Positions 37,827-50,839 of a stretch of 64,000 nt of DNA are shown here, piece after piece. The position numbers and the translations under genes are program-made. The first letter of the stretch is position 1, and every line of letters begins with the position of its first letter. The notes beneath the pieces were generated by a model. That model worked only from the letters and a program-made list of their open reading frames with translations, made no database searches and was not told the origin of the DNA. Origin of the DNA: Octopus sinensis (Eukaryota); NCBI RefSeq assembly GCF_006345805.1, contig NC_043001.1:48794001-48858000 (forward strand), read 5' to 3'.

Positions 37827-38848
37827 CTATCAGATTGCAAATAACCAAACCAGATAGAGCAAAGCATCTTATCGACCCCGAGAGAATGAAAAGCAAAGTT
37901 ACCTTTGGCTGGATTTGAACTCAAACCACAGAGAGTTAGAACAGAAACCGTAAAGCATTCTGTCCAAGTTCTAATGATTCTGCCAGTTCTCCACCTTAGC
38001 TGCAGCAATACTGGTGTATATTATTGTAAATCCAAGTTATAACTGTTAACTTAATTCAGTCTCGCTACTTCACGAATGGTGAATTTGGACTTCAGATTTA
38101 TTAATGGTCTGCCTAAATATTCAATCATAATCAAAATTTTTCATTCACAAAATCATTATTTTTTAAATAAGCAGACAATATATTTTTTAGAAATCAAAAA
38201 TGAAAATTAAATGCATCAATAATTATTTTTTGGTGACTAAAACAATAAATGCACTTTCCAGGAAAATTGTAGCTGCTTTGATCCTAATGTGCTCCTAAAA
38301 TAAATTCATATTTAATTCGAATGTATCTATAATTAAATCTTTGTACTTTAAGAGGAAACCCAAATCAATAATACTTATTCAACGAATCTCAATTTGGTGG
38401 TGTTTCCTTCTTACGAGGGCCTATTCGTCCAGTCTTTTGTGTCATCTTGTATGACAAAGTATTTGAAACAGATAATTCTGAGACAAAGGCGGGAAGATGT
38501 ATGTCTATGCAAATGTGCTGTTTGTGTATTGTTAGGGAAAAGAACAAAGTTGGAAGACACTTTGAAGAAGTTTGGTGATACATCCTGTTTTTGTTGTCCT
38601 CGGGATTCTATGACTGTTGTTGCTGTTGCTTCTGGTACATTTGTTGCTGCTTTTGTTCTTGTTGCAGCTGTTTCTACTGTTGCAGTTGGTGGTAGCATTT
38701 TTGGTCTGTTGATTTTGTTGCTGCTTCTGTAGCAGCTGTTGTAATTACTACTGCTTGTGCTGTCACTGTTGTTATGGCTGCTGCTGTTGTTGCTGTTGTA
38801 GATCTTTTTTTGGTGTTGTTACTGTTCTTCCTCTTGTTGTTGCTGCTG

Positions 38849-39579
38849 TTGCTGTTGAGTGAAGTGGTCTTCGTCCTTGGGAGAAGTTCGAAACGTGGTC
38901 CTTTGCTATTCGTAAGACCTGCAGAAGAGAAAGCAGGTCAACCCCCGACACCGAGAGCATCGATGGATGGATGAATACGCATCCAGGCTCAGCGGTTGCA
39001 TAGGAAGTTGGGGACAAGAAACAGGAAGAAAGAGTGAGAGAAAGTTGGAGCAAAAGAGTACAACAGGGGTCGCCACCACCCCCTGCTGAAGCCTCATGGA
39101 GCTTTAGGTGTTTTCACTCAATAAACACACACAGCGTCCGGTCTGGGAATCGAAACCGCAATCCTCCAACCGCGAGTCTGCTGCTCTAACTATTGGGCCA
39201 TTGCACCTCCACTGCTGTTGCTGTTGAGTGAAGTGGTCTTCGTCCTTGGGAGAAGTCTGAAACGTGGTCCTTTTCTATTCATAAGACCTGCAGAAGAGAA
39301 AGCAGATCAACCCCCGACACCGAGAGCATCGACGGATGGATGAATGCACATCCAGGCTCAGCGGTTGCGTAGGAAGTCGGAGACAAGAAACAGGAAGAAA
39401 GAGTGAGAGAAAGTTGGAGTGAAAGAGTACAACTGGGGTCACCACCACCCCCTGCCAGAGCCTCGTGGAGCTTTAGGTGTTTTCACTCAATAAACACACA
39501 CAACGCCCAGTCTGGGAATCAAAACTGCGATCCTCCGACCGCGAGTCCACTGCCCTAACCACTGGGCCATTGCGCCTCC
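38849..39579 (-). mobile_element. Head-to-tail dimer of SINE family D (alternative tail)
   Basis: Copies at about 38849-39210 and 39212-39579; TGTTGTTGCTGCTG at 38835-38848 and 39580-39593. Confidence 0.9.
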
Positions 39580-39679
39580 TGTTGTTGCTGCTGATGTGAG
39601 TATGAGGTTGGCAGGAGCACTGGTTTTTCTTCTCTTACTTGCTGTTTGGTCAGAAAGCTCTCAAGTGGTTGTTAATACC

Positions 39680-39907
39680 TATGTCTTTATTACCCACAAG
39701 GGGCTAAACATGGAGGGGACAAACAAGGACAGACATAGATATTAAGTCGATTACATTGACCCCAGTGCATAACTGGTACTTAATTTATTGACCCCGAAAG
39801 GTTGAAAGGCAAAGTCGACCTCAGCGGAATTTGAACTCACAACGTAACGGCAGATGAAATACTGCTAAGCATTTCGCCCGGCATGCTAACATTTCTGCCA
39901 GCTTGCT
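39680..39907 (-). mobile_element. SINE family A (tail-1) with perfect 15-bp TSD
   Basis: GTGGTTGTTAATACC at 39665-39679 and 39908-39922. Confidence 0.92.
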
Positions 39908-41312
39908 GTGGTTGTTAATACCATGCAAGTGGTACCTAGCCCTCCTGCCAACCACTGTCACAATTAGCTGCGAGTCGTTTGGAAGGTTGATCATGTTGGA
40001 GGTTTTATGGACTGTTTCAACCAGGAACTCCATTTCAATCCTCTATAGAGTGGTTCCTAGCCTTATTCTCTGGGTTGAATCTAAACTCAACCATTGGTAT
40101 CAATTGGGTTGGTGTTACCTTCATAATAGGCCTCTTTATGAACCAGACTATTCAGAATCTTTTGTAATGTATTTTGTACGAATGTTATTCGTAAATTGTA
40201 ATTCCTATATATCACTAGATATCCAGTAAAATTAAAATTGCATTTTTAAATTACAATATTATATACACAAACTAATTGTATTTACATTTACATAGTTTCA
40301 TGTGGTTTAAGTGAAAATTCAGTAAGAAAAACAACAAAAAATTTCTATTTAAAAACATTTAAGAAGTAAATCAAAATTATGTTGACTTCTAACATTAAAC
40401 TTTAATGTTACATTAGATACATTAATGGGGTTTATATTTTATATATCACTATATCACATTTTGGTAAAAAAAAAAAAGAAAGTGTATTACTATTTTCAGT
40501 AAATACATAGAAAATTACTGAATTCACATCTTTACCTAGATAATATGGATGTAGATATCAGACTCGTTAAGTTTATATTGTTTTCGTAAATCTCATGAGA
40601 AGATGGATCTGAACATTGAAAGTTCTTCGAGGTGTAGGTGTAGGCAAGTTTTTGTGTCTATGTTTGTCCTTCCACCATCGCTTGACAACTGATGTTGGTG
40701 TGTTTACATCTGCCTAACTTAGCGATTCGGCAAAAGAGAGTGATAGAATAAGTACTAGGCTTACAAGCAATAAGTCCTGGGGTCGATTTCTTCAACTAAA
40801 AACCCTTTTTAAGGCGGTGCTCTAGCATGGCTGCAATCAAATGACTGAAACAAGTAAAAAGAATTCATCGGCTTTGAGTAGTACTTTATTTAGCTATGTT
40901 AGAAGAATGAAAGGGAAAGATGACTTCGGTAGGAATTGAACTAGAGCAAATAACTCAAGGCACTCTAACAACTCTGCCACTTTACCATCTTCTTTATTGG
41001 CACTGTTATTTATTTCAATTTTACAATTAAAATAATCACCACTTCTACATCTGGACACAATTAATTACAGCAATCTATAGTCTAAATTAAATTAATTTCG
41101 AAATAAAATTGTTTTAAATAAACAATCAATAATGAAAAGAGCAGGTGAAATTTAATATTGGCATAACATTTGAAATATTTTGTATTTTCCTGATAATGGA
41201 TGCAATTTGGCTATAAATTGGGGATAACAACATGAAACCCACTCAGATTCCCACGGTTTCTTTGAGGCAAATAGAACATTAATAGTAACTCAGCAGAAGC
41301 AACTTATATGCT

Positions 41313-41346
<34 letters not shown>

Positions 41347-41400
41347 AGTGTGAGTGTATATATATATATATATGTATATATATATAAAAAAAAATATATG

Positions 41401-41563
41401 CGCAGGAGTGGCTGTATGGTAAGTAGCTTGCTAACCAACCAGATGGTTCCGGGTTCAGTCCCACTGTGTGGCATCTTGGGAAAGTGTCTTCTGCTATAGC
41501 CTTGGGCCGACCAAGCCCTTGTGAGTGGATTTGGTAGATGGAAACTGAAAGAAGCCTGTCGTA

Positions 41564-41608
<45 letters not shown>

Positions 41609-41834
41609 ATGTGTGTGTATATGTTTGTGTGTCTGTGTTTGTCCCTCTAGCTTTGCTTGACAACCGATGCTGTTGTGTTTACGTCCTCGTCACTTAGTGG
41701 TTCGGCAAAAGAGACTGATAGAATAAGTACTGGGCTTACAAAGAATAAGTCCCGGGGTCGATTTGCTCGACTAAAGGCGGTGCTCCAGCATGGCCACAGT
41801 CAAATGAATGAAACAAGTAAAAGAGTAAAAGAGT
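41401..41834 (+). mobile_element. CORE-type SINE family B, full length
   Basis: Same structure as 35163-35586. Confidence 0.85.
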
Positions 41835-42246
41835 ATATATATATATATATAAGATCCAGGGATCGAGGTATAGGAAGAAAGTTAGCTTCAAGCAATCTGT
41901 CGTAAATATAAAAAACAACTTTCAGGAACAATAGTGGTTTATTGAGATAGAAGGTTGTAGATTTGTTTTTTTTATATCAAAGTAAAAGTTCATTTTAATA
42001 TTTCACAATAGGCAACAGGGTTGCCGGGTATCTAAATAATAATACAAGAGTTAAGGAATGGAGTAGATAAGATTCGGGCTACATATGTTTCATAGCAAGC
42101 GGAACCTCAGAAGTGGTCAATATCCAAGCAAGATGTATACCCCAGGCTACTTGTAAGGCCAAGGATATCTTGATTAGACAAAAGTTTACATTGTCGCAAG
42201 GAAGTACATGTTAACACATGGAAGATTCTTAACTCTTGTGTGTGTT

Positions 42247-42277
<31 letters not shown>

Positions 42278-42479
42278 TGGGCAAGAAGAAAATGGAGGGG
42301 ATCCAGAGGTAGCATGCATCAACTGTTATACATTATATTATGTCTATTTATTTTGAACAATTCTGAGAATATATATACATGTGTGAAGATTGTGTTTTAC
42401 ATATAAAGTACCAGTAATTTCTAGAATAGAGAAAGAAGAGCAGTTTCTTTCAGCTGTTTCTGCCAAGAGGTCACAGTAA

Positions 42480-42912
42480 GCCCACATGTTATTTCCATCT
42501 TTTCAGTGTACTGTAGTGAGCCTTATATTAAAGAAAACTCTACATTAAGACGTATAAACAATTTTAGTAACCATCCTTTGCAAATAAAAAATGCCCTACT
42601 ACTAAATATAAGTAAAAGAATTTCAAATCTCTCTTCTAATGAAGAGATCTTTAATAAACACAAGGAAAAATACAACATAGCACTAAAAGATGCAGAATAA
42701 AAAGGTAAAATAAAATATCTCCACAGGAATTATTGACTATAGTAGCCAGGATAAAGCAACTACCTCCAGCCCCCAAAATTTGGGTGACTGCAACACTACC
42801 AAGGATAAATATAAAAATAACAATAGAAATATTAGAAATATGATAAAGCAACCCATAAATAACAATAGCTATAATAATAACAACAACAACAATAATAATA
42901 ATAATAATAATG

Positions 42913-42963
<51 letters not shown>

Positions 42964-43050
42964 TTGATAATAATGATAAAATTGTTAGTAATAATAATAA
43001 TAATAATAATAATGATAATAAAAATAATAATAATAATAATAATATTGATG

Positions 43051-43107
<57 letters not shown>

Positions 43108-43388
43108 GTAAAAATAATAATAACAGAAACAATACACATAATATGAAAAACCCCAATAAGGGAAATAATGAAATTGATACTCTGTGGTTAATCATCCCTT
43201 TCGCTATGCAAATTAAGAATAACATGGTCAAAACAATATTTAGATTAATTAACAAACATTTTACAAAAGAGAAAAACAAATATTGGGAGATAATCAATAA
43301 CAAAACAATAAGAATAGGATACAGTCTAACACATAACCTGGCTACCATCATCTTCTCAATTAAAATAGAAAACTTGACGCCTAAGTAG
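42480..43388 (+). mobile_element. Penelope-like element RT C-terminus/linker remnant with in-frame (AAT)n expansion
   Basis: SNHPLQIKN..ISKRISNLSSNEEIFNKH, poly-Asn, then LWLIIPF..MVKTIFRLINKHF..IINNKTIRIGYS..NLA (PLE linker motif). Confidence 0.8.
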
Positions 43389-43440
43389 GAGAAATAAAAG
43401 AAATGATACACACACAAGTAATAACAATAACCACAATAAC

Positions 43441-43519
<79 letters not shown>

Positions 43520-43723
43520 TAATGATAATAATAATGATAATAATATTAATAACAGCAATAGAAACGAAAATAATATACACACAATCACACACATATATGT
43601 GTGTGTGATTATGTGTGTGTTGCACTCTCCTGTCCTTGAAAGAACTTTTCTTCACCCATTTCCTTCCGGTCATTCAAAATGTGACCGCAAGTGTACCGTT
43701 GGCGATTTTTTTCCTTCTCCTAT

Positions 43724-43758
43724 GTTTCCGACGAAGAGCTCCGTTCGAAACGTTAAAC
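43724..43758 (+). ncRNA. Minimal type-I hammerhead-ribozyme-like motif in Penelope terminal repeat
   Basis: Stem I GTTT/AAAC; core CCGACGA (U4C variant) +A; stem II GAGC-TCC-GTTC; GAAA; palindromic ACGT stem III; GUU cleavage triplet. Confidence 0.55.
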
Positions 43759-44081
43759 CCTCCGTCTTTCCTTCTTTCCTGAGCGTCCAATAATACTATA
43801 TTTGTTCCACGTCCTCGCGTTGTTGTGTCTTTTTGTGCTTTCATGTTTGGATTAACTTTATATATATATATGGCTATATGTAGTAATCCGAGTATGCAGA
43901 TGTAGTAATAAGTTAGGACATATATGTGTGCATAAATATGTGCTCATACTTGTATGGGTATATATAACAAACTAGGTAGGATTCAATAGATTCGTTTTAG
44001 ATATCTTCACTCATATTTTGAAAATTGGTATACACATATGAAGATATACGGAGTTCAGGATGAGGATTTGGACTGGATTGG

Positions 44082-44156
<75 letters not shown>

Positions 44157-44181
44157 ACACACATATCTATCTATCTATCTA

Positions 44182-44239
<58 letters not shown>

Positions 44240-44547
44240 GTATGTATATATATATATTATATATATATATATATAATATATTGGAGTACACGTGTTAATC
44301 TAGGTATAAAAATATGTATTTGATTAGTATTCTAATTGGAGTGTTTGTGGATCTATGGATATGTTTATGTTGTCATGTACATGGGCATATGCATGTATTT
44401 ATGCATATGTGTGCATAAACGGGAAGTTTTAGAGTATAGGTGAAGACAAATATGGTTGTGCACACATAGATTATGGTGTAAATGTATATCTGATTAGTAT
44501 TAGAATTGGGGCACTTGGAAATCTGTAGATATACTTTAGACTCACAC

Positions 44548-44592
<45 letters not shown>

Positions 44593-45274
44593 CAAAAATG
44601 GGACAAGGACGCAAAACATCCAGACAGTTATGGGAAACAAAAAAGGGACAAAATATCCAGACAGACGATACAAGGAAAACAAGGACAGATCATTCGGAGT
44701 TTCCTATCCTCAGTCGAGTTCCAGATTATCTTTGCAATTTTGGCTGGTTATACCCGAGATTGCTCCAATCTGGCCAGTCCCAAGGAAAAAATAAGCTAAG
44801 AGCATAGATTCCTTGAAAGAAAGCAGTGAATGTATACGAAAACAAGGACGGAAAAAAAACAGAGAAATGTTACACAAAAACAAATGCAATTAACAGGACA
44901 TAACAACAGGTGTCTTTCGACTAAGGACGAATTAAATTCAGCTGGCGTGTGTGGAAGTAAAGCCTTACAGAAGGGACATAAGATTTAACAGTCGCAGGAA
45001 GGAATATAGATGTTGCACGGATGGTAGTTGAACCAAGAAAGAAAAATCAGGCCTGGCCGAACACCGGTCACGTGGGGAGAGAAGAGAGAGAGGTAGAGGC
45101 AGGGGGATAGAAGAATTAAAGAGGAGCGAGAAAAAATGAAAGAGACACAGTGAAGTGAAAGAGGGAAAATGAACACGAAGAGAAGGCCAGGAAATGTGAG
45201 AGAGGGGAAACGACAGAACGAAGAGTGGAATGAACGAAGTGTGAAAGTTCTGATAGAAAGAAGGAAAGAATCAA

Positions 45275-45311
45275 GCGTAGGAGTGGCTGTGTGGTAAGTA
45301 GCTTGCTTACC
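45275..45311 (+). mobile_element. SINE-B tRNA-like head stub, ending at the LINE junction
   Basis: GCGTAGGAGTGGCTGTGTGGTAAGTAGCTTGCTTACC matches heads at 41401 and 35586, then stops abruptly. Confidence 0.9.
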
Positions 45312-48086
45312 TCCATTTTGGAGAGTGCTTCCAGTTACTGTTGCTGCTATTTTGGAGCAAGTAAGACGTACCTTGTTATTGTGTCTTGGGATTTTTAACT
45401 TCAATTAGGCATTGAAACTTTTTTCAAGCCGTTGTAAGCTTTTCCTTGTGTCGTGCTTCCCCAAAGGGGGGGGGCAAGATTCGTTGTTATTGAGAATTAA
45501 CTATTTGTGTGCATTGGAGTACCGTTTGTCTGGATTACGTGTACTCTGGATTTTTATGCTTCTCTACCGAGAAGGTAAGGCGAAAAACATTTTTTGTGCG
45601 ATTGAAACTTTTTTCAAGCCATCGTAGGTTTCTCTTGTGCCACGCCCCGTAAAGGGGGTGGAGGAAGATCTGAACTAATTTGGTGAACAATTTACAAACC
45701 TGTTTTTTGTGTCGTCTATGATTTTGACCGAGCGTGTCGGTCGAAAGTTTAAAAGAAAAAGCACTCTCAATGAGAAATGTTAATAGCAAAAAATTTTCTG
45801 ACGTTGCCGCCGTGGAAACGAAGACCATTGTGTTGAACAATGAAGATTTGAAAGAATATTTTCCAAGATGAAGGAGGAAGACCAAGATATCAAGATAACA
45901 CTCGGGTTCGATGCTGAAGAAATAGAGAAGAGAACTGTGGTCTTCAGATCCTTCTGTATGGAAGGGAGACGTTTTAAACATCTCAAAGAAAATGTTATTG
46001 AGAAATGCCTCGCTCCTGTATGGAATGATATTACTCATATCGCAATGGGCGAGGTTTTTGCAACCATTGAAGTCCGTTTAAGACGGAAAAGTTAGCGCAG
46101 GAGTACTCGGTTAGCCCCTTGAAGACGAAGGAGGCGGTGCTTCTGCCCTCTTACAAGGGAAGACGAACTTCTTGTGTGAGGGTGACGGAAGTGCCATCGG
46201 AAATAGACCCTCGGGAGGTGGTGGCTGCCCTGTTGTACAACAGGACAGACAAAATACAATTCCTCCAGATTTCATACTCTGCCTCCCAATACTGGACAGG
46301 GCAGAGCATTTCAGCCATCATCCAAGGGGCACGGGAAGACAATGAAAACCTTCTGGACCGGGTACGCGTGGGTGAAAAAGTTACCCTCCGAGTTCAAGCG
46401 GAGGGTAAAAAGGTTACTTGCTTCAAATGTGGAAAAAAAGGCCTCATTCGAAGCGATTGTGAAATAAAAAAGATAAAGAGGAGGAAAAGAAGAAAAAGAG
46501 AAAAAAACTGTTACAGACTCTAGTCCCCACAACTATTCAAAACATCCCCAAACCTTCACATACACCAGCCCCCACAAAAGCAAATACTCCCACTCACCCT
46601 GTTGTGGTGCCACCCCAAACAGAGTAATGAAAAGACCCAACCCCAGCATACACAAACCCCAACATTAATAAAAACCTCGCCCACCTGATTTCTGAGGCAG
46701 CTTGTGTTTCAAACATAACGTCCCCAGACGACACCATGGAGGTGTCCGAAGAAGAATTCATGACAATTCGCAAACGTTCACATGCACCTTCCCCACCCAT
46801 ATACCCCCACAGGAAAAAAGACAACCATACACCACAGATAACAAAAAAAGACCCCGTCCCACCGCCCCGGAAAAAGCACAAAAGAATGAAGAAATAATTT
46901 TAATTGAATATGACTCTATAGACGATTATTTAGAAAGACAAATTCCACTATACCATACAGTGAAATTTTTGCATCTAGACGATACACATATGAAACGTGC
47001 CTGGATGGGAGAAAATTTATACAGGCAGATGAAGGATAGGCGTTCGAGAGGCATCAAGAGGCGCACAGACCCGCCTGAATGCCCGGAGAAGGACAGAAAG
47101 GAGGAGGCCGACTCACGTTTGGTGAGGTCAACCCCAGCATCTCCAAATAAGGGTAAGTAGAGCCTTTGTTTTTTCCCCCAGGTTTATGGTTTCACTTAAC
47201 TTGGGGTGCTTAAATGTATGTGGTCTGAGCTCGAAGTGGAAGCAAACTTGCCTCCTCAACGACCTCAGATAACATGATATACGTGTGATGGTTGCTACAG
47301 AGACCAAGCTGGACAGTCTACAAACCTTCTCGCCCCTTCTGGAAGGCTATCAGAAAATCATGTCTCCTCGCCAGACCGGAGGTCGAGGGGGTGTAGTAGT
47401 ACTCGTCCGAAAAGGCTTGACTGCAGACGAGTACAGTCTGTGTGGACCCTGAAGGTGGGCTGGTCGTCCTTGATATGATGTACAGTGGTAGAGCCTTCAG
47501 GTTGATCAGAATCTATGCACCCTGTGCTAGAGGATTACCAACTGATTTTTATCGGCGCCTAGAGAACTTTCTCGTAACGTTGAAGACATTAGTAGTATTA
47601 GGTGACTATACCGCTATCGTTGACGCACGCATCGATAGCGTTGGCTCGATTGATAGGAAAACGAACTCACGCCTTATAGATCTGCTTAAGCGATTTCAGC
47701 AAGCAGATTGTTACAGACTTGAACATCCGAATGTCCCAGAGTGGACCTGGATGAATGGCGACGGAAGGTTCAACTCTTACTTAGATAGGATAGCGATAAG
47801 AGCTAAAGATAAAGCTAGCTTTAGTTGTGCACAGCTTGTTCCGGTATCCTACACAGACCATGGAATGGTTAAGCGTAGGCTGAACGTAAATAGTGCAGCT
47901 AAGAGAGGATCCGATTACTGGAAGCTGAACAAGTCTATTTTGACTTGTGAGGCATACTGCAGCCGGATTAAGGAATTAGTACAGAGGGCGTTAACCGGTT
48001 CCGTGGTTAATAACCGGTGGTGGTTCGTCCTTAAAAGAGCCATTCGTTTCGTGTCTATTAGGTTTAGCCATCAGCTAAGACTAGAA
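45312..48086 (+). mobile_element. L1/Tx1-clade LINE: 5' UTR, ORF1 (CCHC-type knuckle) and APE endonuclease; RT absent
   Basis: ORF1 pieces 45868-47160 with VTCFKCGKKGLIRSDC; ORF2 GCLNVCGL..ATETKL..IYAP..LGDY..SYLDRI..TDH..YWKLN; homology ends about 48086. Confidence 0.88.
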
Positions 48087-49836
48087 TGTTGCCGGATGGA
48101 CCCGTACTTAAGGTTTTGGCACTTTTTTACTTTTGTAGCGAACAATTACCAAATTTCTAAGCTAGGATTAGAAATCTAATTCACAACCTTTATACAAGCC
48201 ATCGGCCTATTAATTTCGCCTGTTGCATTAGGAAAGGTATGAGAATAAACTGACTTTTTGATCTTTCACGAATCATGCACAGATTAAGGCCGATATAGTG
48301 GGAAAATCCTTTTTATTTTATTTTAATTTAATTTAGTTACGAAGAATATAAATACGCAAGCAAAAGCCAGCTCTTTCTTTTTGATAATTCGGCTCCTACC
48401 AAGAATACACATCTTTCTTCGATACAAGAAGTTTTACTGTTTCTATTTGCATAGACACTCTTTTTAGTAGTAACTCCCTTTTAGTACTTCCTTTTAGTAG
48501 TAACTCATAGTTTAGTAGTAACTCTTAGATGAAGCTTACCATACACAATGATCCATGGAGCTAGAGACAGTTTGTGTGCTGCAACGACAAACAATACATG
48601 TACTATAACTCGAAGAAAGTCATATCTTCTATGTTGTAACGACTAATATAATAATCATATAAATAAATGGCCGTTTTAATAACCAATCATTTTGTGCGAT
48701 GCATCGATACACATTGATTTTATACTTCATGGACTTCCGGCTCAAGAATTACATCCTTTCTCTACGAAATGCTGCTAAAATTGGATCTTATATTATTTGG
48801 TCATTATTCATGCTGACTTTCGACTACAAAAATTACACACGTCCTGTTCTTGTCACCATTTTTACCCCTCCGCAAAAAATCCCAAATTTTATTTAATTTG
48901 CTTTGCGGGAAGGATTGTTTCAAAGAAGTCGTGTCTTGCCCTTACCTTCGAAACACGGAGTAGTCGAAGCAGGGGCAGCTGAAGAAGGGGAATGTTCCTT
49001 GTGTTGTATGTCTTTTACTCTGTTTTTTCGTTGTTTGAAAAAGTCCGTTTCCATGTGTTTGTTTTTATGTTTTCGTTTCTCGTTGTGTTCTACGTTTTTT
49101 GGTGTCCTGTACCCATATATGCATGTATATATACATATAGATGTAGGCATGTACATATATGTATGTATGCATATATTTTATTTATTAATTTGTTATTATA
49201 TATATATGTATATATATATATAATTTTTATTTGGTTATCACTTACAAAATGACTCAGAAGCCAATAGTTTTGTCATGGTACTTATGCAGCTAAAAAGAAA
49301 ATTCCGTAAAAGCGTTTAAGAAGCAAATCAAAATTTGATTAAACACGAAGCTCTTCTCCCTCAAGACATTTTGCTAGTTCTCCCGATTAAAAATAATGTT
49401 TTCTTCATTATTTATTAACTAAAAATAATAAAGAATATATATTACTATAAATTATAAACACGCTAATATCAAACAGTGATAACGAGTGCTCAACACTGCA
49501 TTGGTGGATAAAGAATATAAATTATGAATATATAAATATATGAATTATAACTACTGCTTCCAATCAATACTATCAACTTACGTGAATCTTCTATAATAAA
49601 ATAAACTTGTGATAATTAAAGCAATTTATTGTTTTTAGAAGTAAAGATGGTGATTATTTTAGCTAGAAAGTTAATGAATTTGATCTCTAAATCCATACTC
49701 TTTGAGCAATATTACGAAAACAATAATTTTCAATTGTGTTCATTAAAAATTTTTATACAAGGTTTTTATATATTAAAAGTGATACCATACATACATACAT
49801 AGTATATATATAATATATATATATATTATATTATAT

Positions 49837-49883
<47 letters not shown>

Positions 49884-50019
49884 TTGTGTATATATATAAT
49901 TAAATATATATATATATACATACATTTAATATATATATATAGATATATGTTTATGTGTATACATATATATGTATATATATATGTGTGTGTATACACATAC
50001 ATATACATATATATATAAT

Positions 50020-50085
<66 letters not shown>

Positions 50086-50533
50086 TAGATAGATATGTAT
50101 ATATAAATACATATATACATCCGTATATATACATATGTAACTATGTATATATACACACAAAAACACACATACACGCACACACATACACACACACAACACA
50201 CACACATGTGATGTAAGGCTAATTCATTAATGCATCTCATTTAACAATTAAGTTTAACGTGAAAAATCAACATAAATTTAATGTATTCTGAAAGCATTTT
50301 TACTTCGAATTCTATTGTTTTCTCACAGAATTTCCACTTCAATCACATCAAACACTATATAAATGTAAATACAATTAACTTGAGCCTATAATACTGTAAT
50401 TGAAATTCTGCAAAATAAAAATGCCTTTTTTTAAAATTCCGCTTTTGTCTTATTTTATTATTAGTAATATTTCTAATGCCTTTAAGATATATGTTATGAA
50501 TATAACTTTTATTTCGAAATAAAAATTGCATAA

Positions 50534-50839
50534 TCTTTATATATAAAACTGTAGTCGTGTGTGTATTTGTCTACTTCGATTTAGATTCCTAACTAATCCC
50601 ACATTTTGCGGTGCAGTTTAACCAAAAGCGGGTATCTTATAGTCGTGATTCATATCGAGCCCTTCTGGGTATTAACGCGCGTCTACGATGAGTCTACGAT
50701 TAAAAAAAAAAAAATTACCATCATTTTTCCGCATTTTTAATCTATTTTTGCTCGACTTATATAAGGGAAGTAACTCTCTAAAAATGCTTATATAGTTATT
50801 TCCCTTACAAACCCGAGCAACGCCGGGTGATACTGCTAG
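50534..50839 (+). mobile_element. Non-autonomous Helitron (short)
   Basis: A|TC..TATATAAAACTG...ACCCGAGCAACGCCGGGT hairpin-GATACTG-CTAG|T. Confidence 0.85.

Larger units (their letters stand above)
38400..40110 (-). mobile_element. Decayed L1/Tx1-like ORF1 remnant carrying three SINE insertions
   Basis: LPNDSQLIVTVVGRRARYHLHGINNHLRAF resembles the knuckle-proximal segment of ORF1 at 46119-46523, followed by Thr/Ala/Gln-rich low complexity. Confidence 0.4.

Noticed and set aside
42085-42115. Minus-strand CTGAGGT..GAAACATATGTA hammerhead-like string
   Set aside because: A conserved core A is lost and stems I and II are unpaired.
42651-43673. Long ORFs of poly-Ile/Leu/Tyr (and the many CV-, YI-, TH-repeat ORFs elsewhere, e.g. 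13614, 17036, 27827, 49826, 53623, 57301, 60343)
   Set aside because: They are translations of (AAT)n, (TG)n, (TA)n and (TATG)n microsatellites, which lack stops in some frames.
44590-45060. Recurrent-looking non-coding repeat upstream of the Tx1-like LINE
   Set aside because: Looks like an interspersed repeat, but there is no second copy, terminal structure or coding motif in this window to classify it.
48930-49000. GAAAC..GTC..CTGAAGA arrangement resembling a type-II hammerhead
   Set aside because: Stem I cannot form and stem II relies on G-U pairs; probably a decayed PLE-type terminal repeat.
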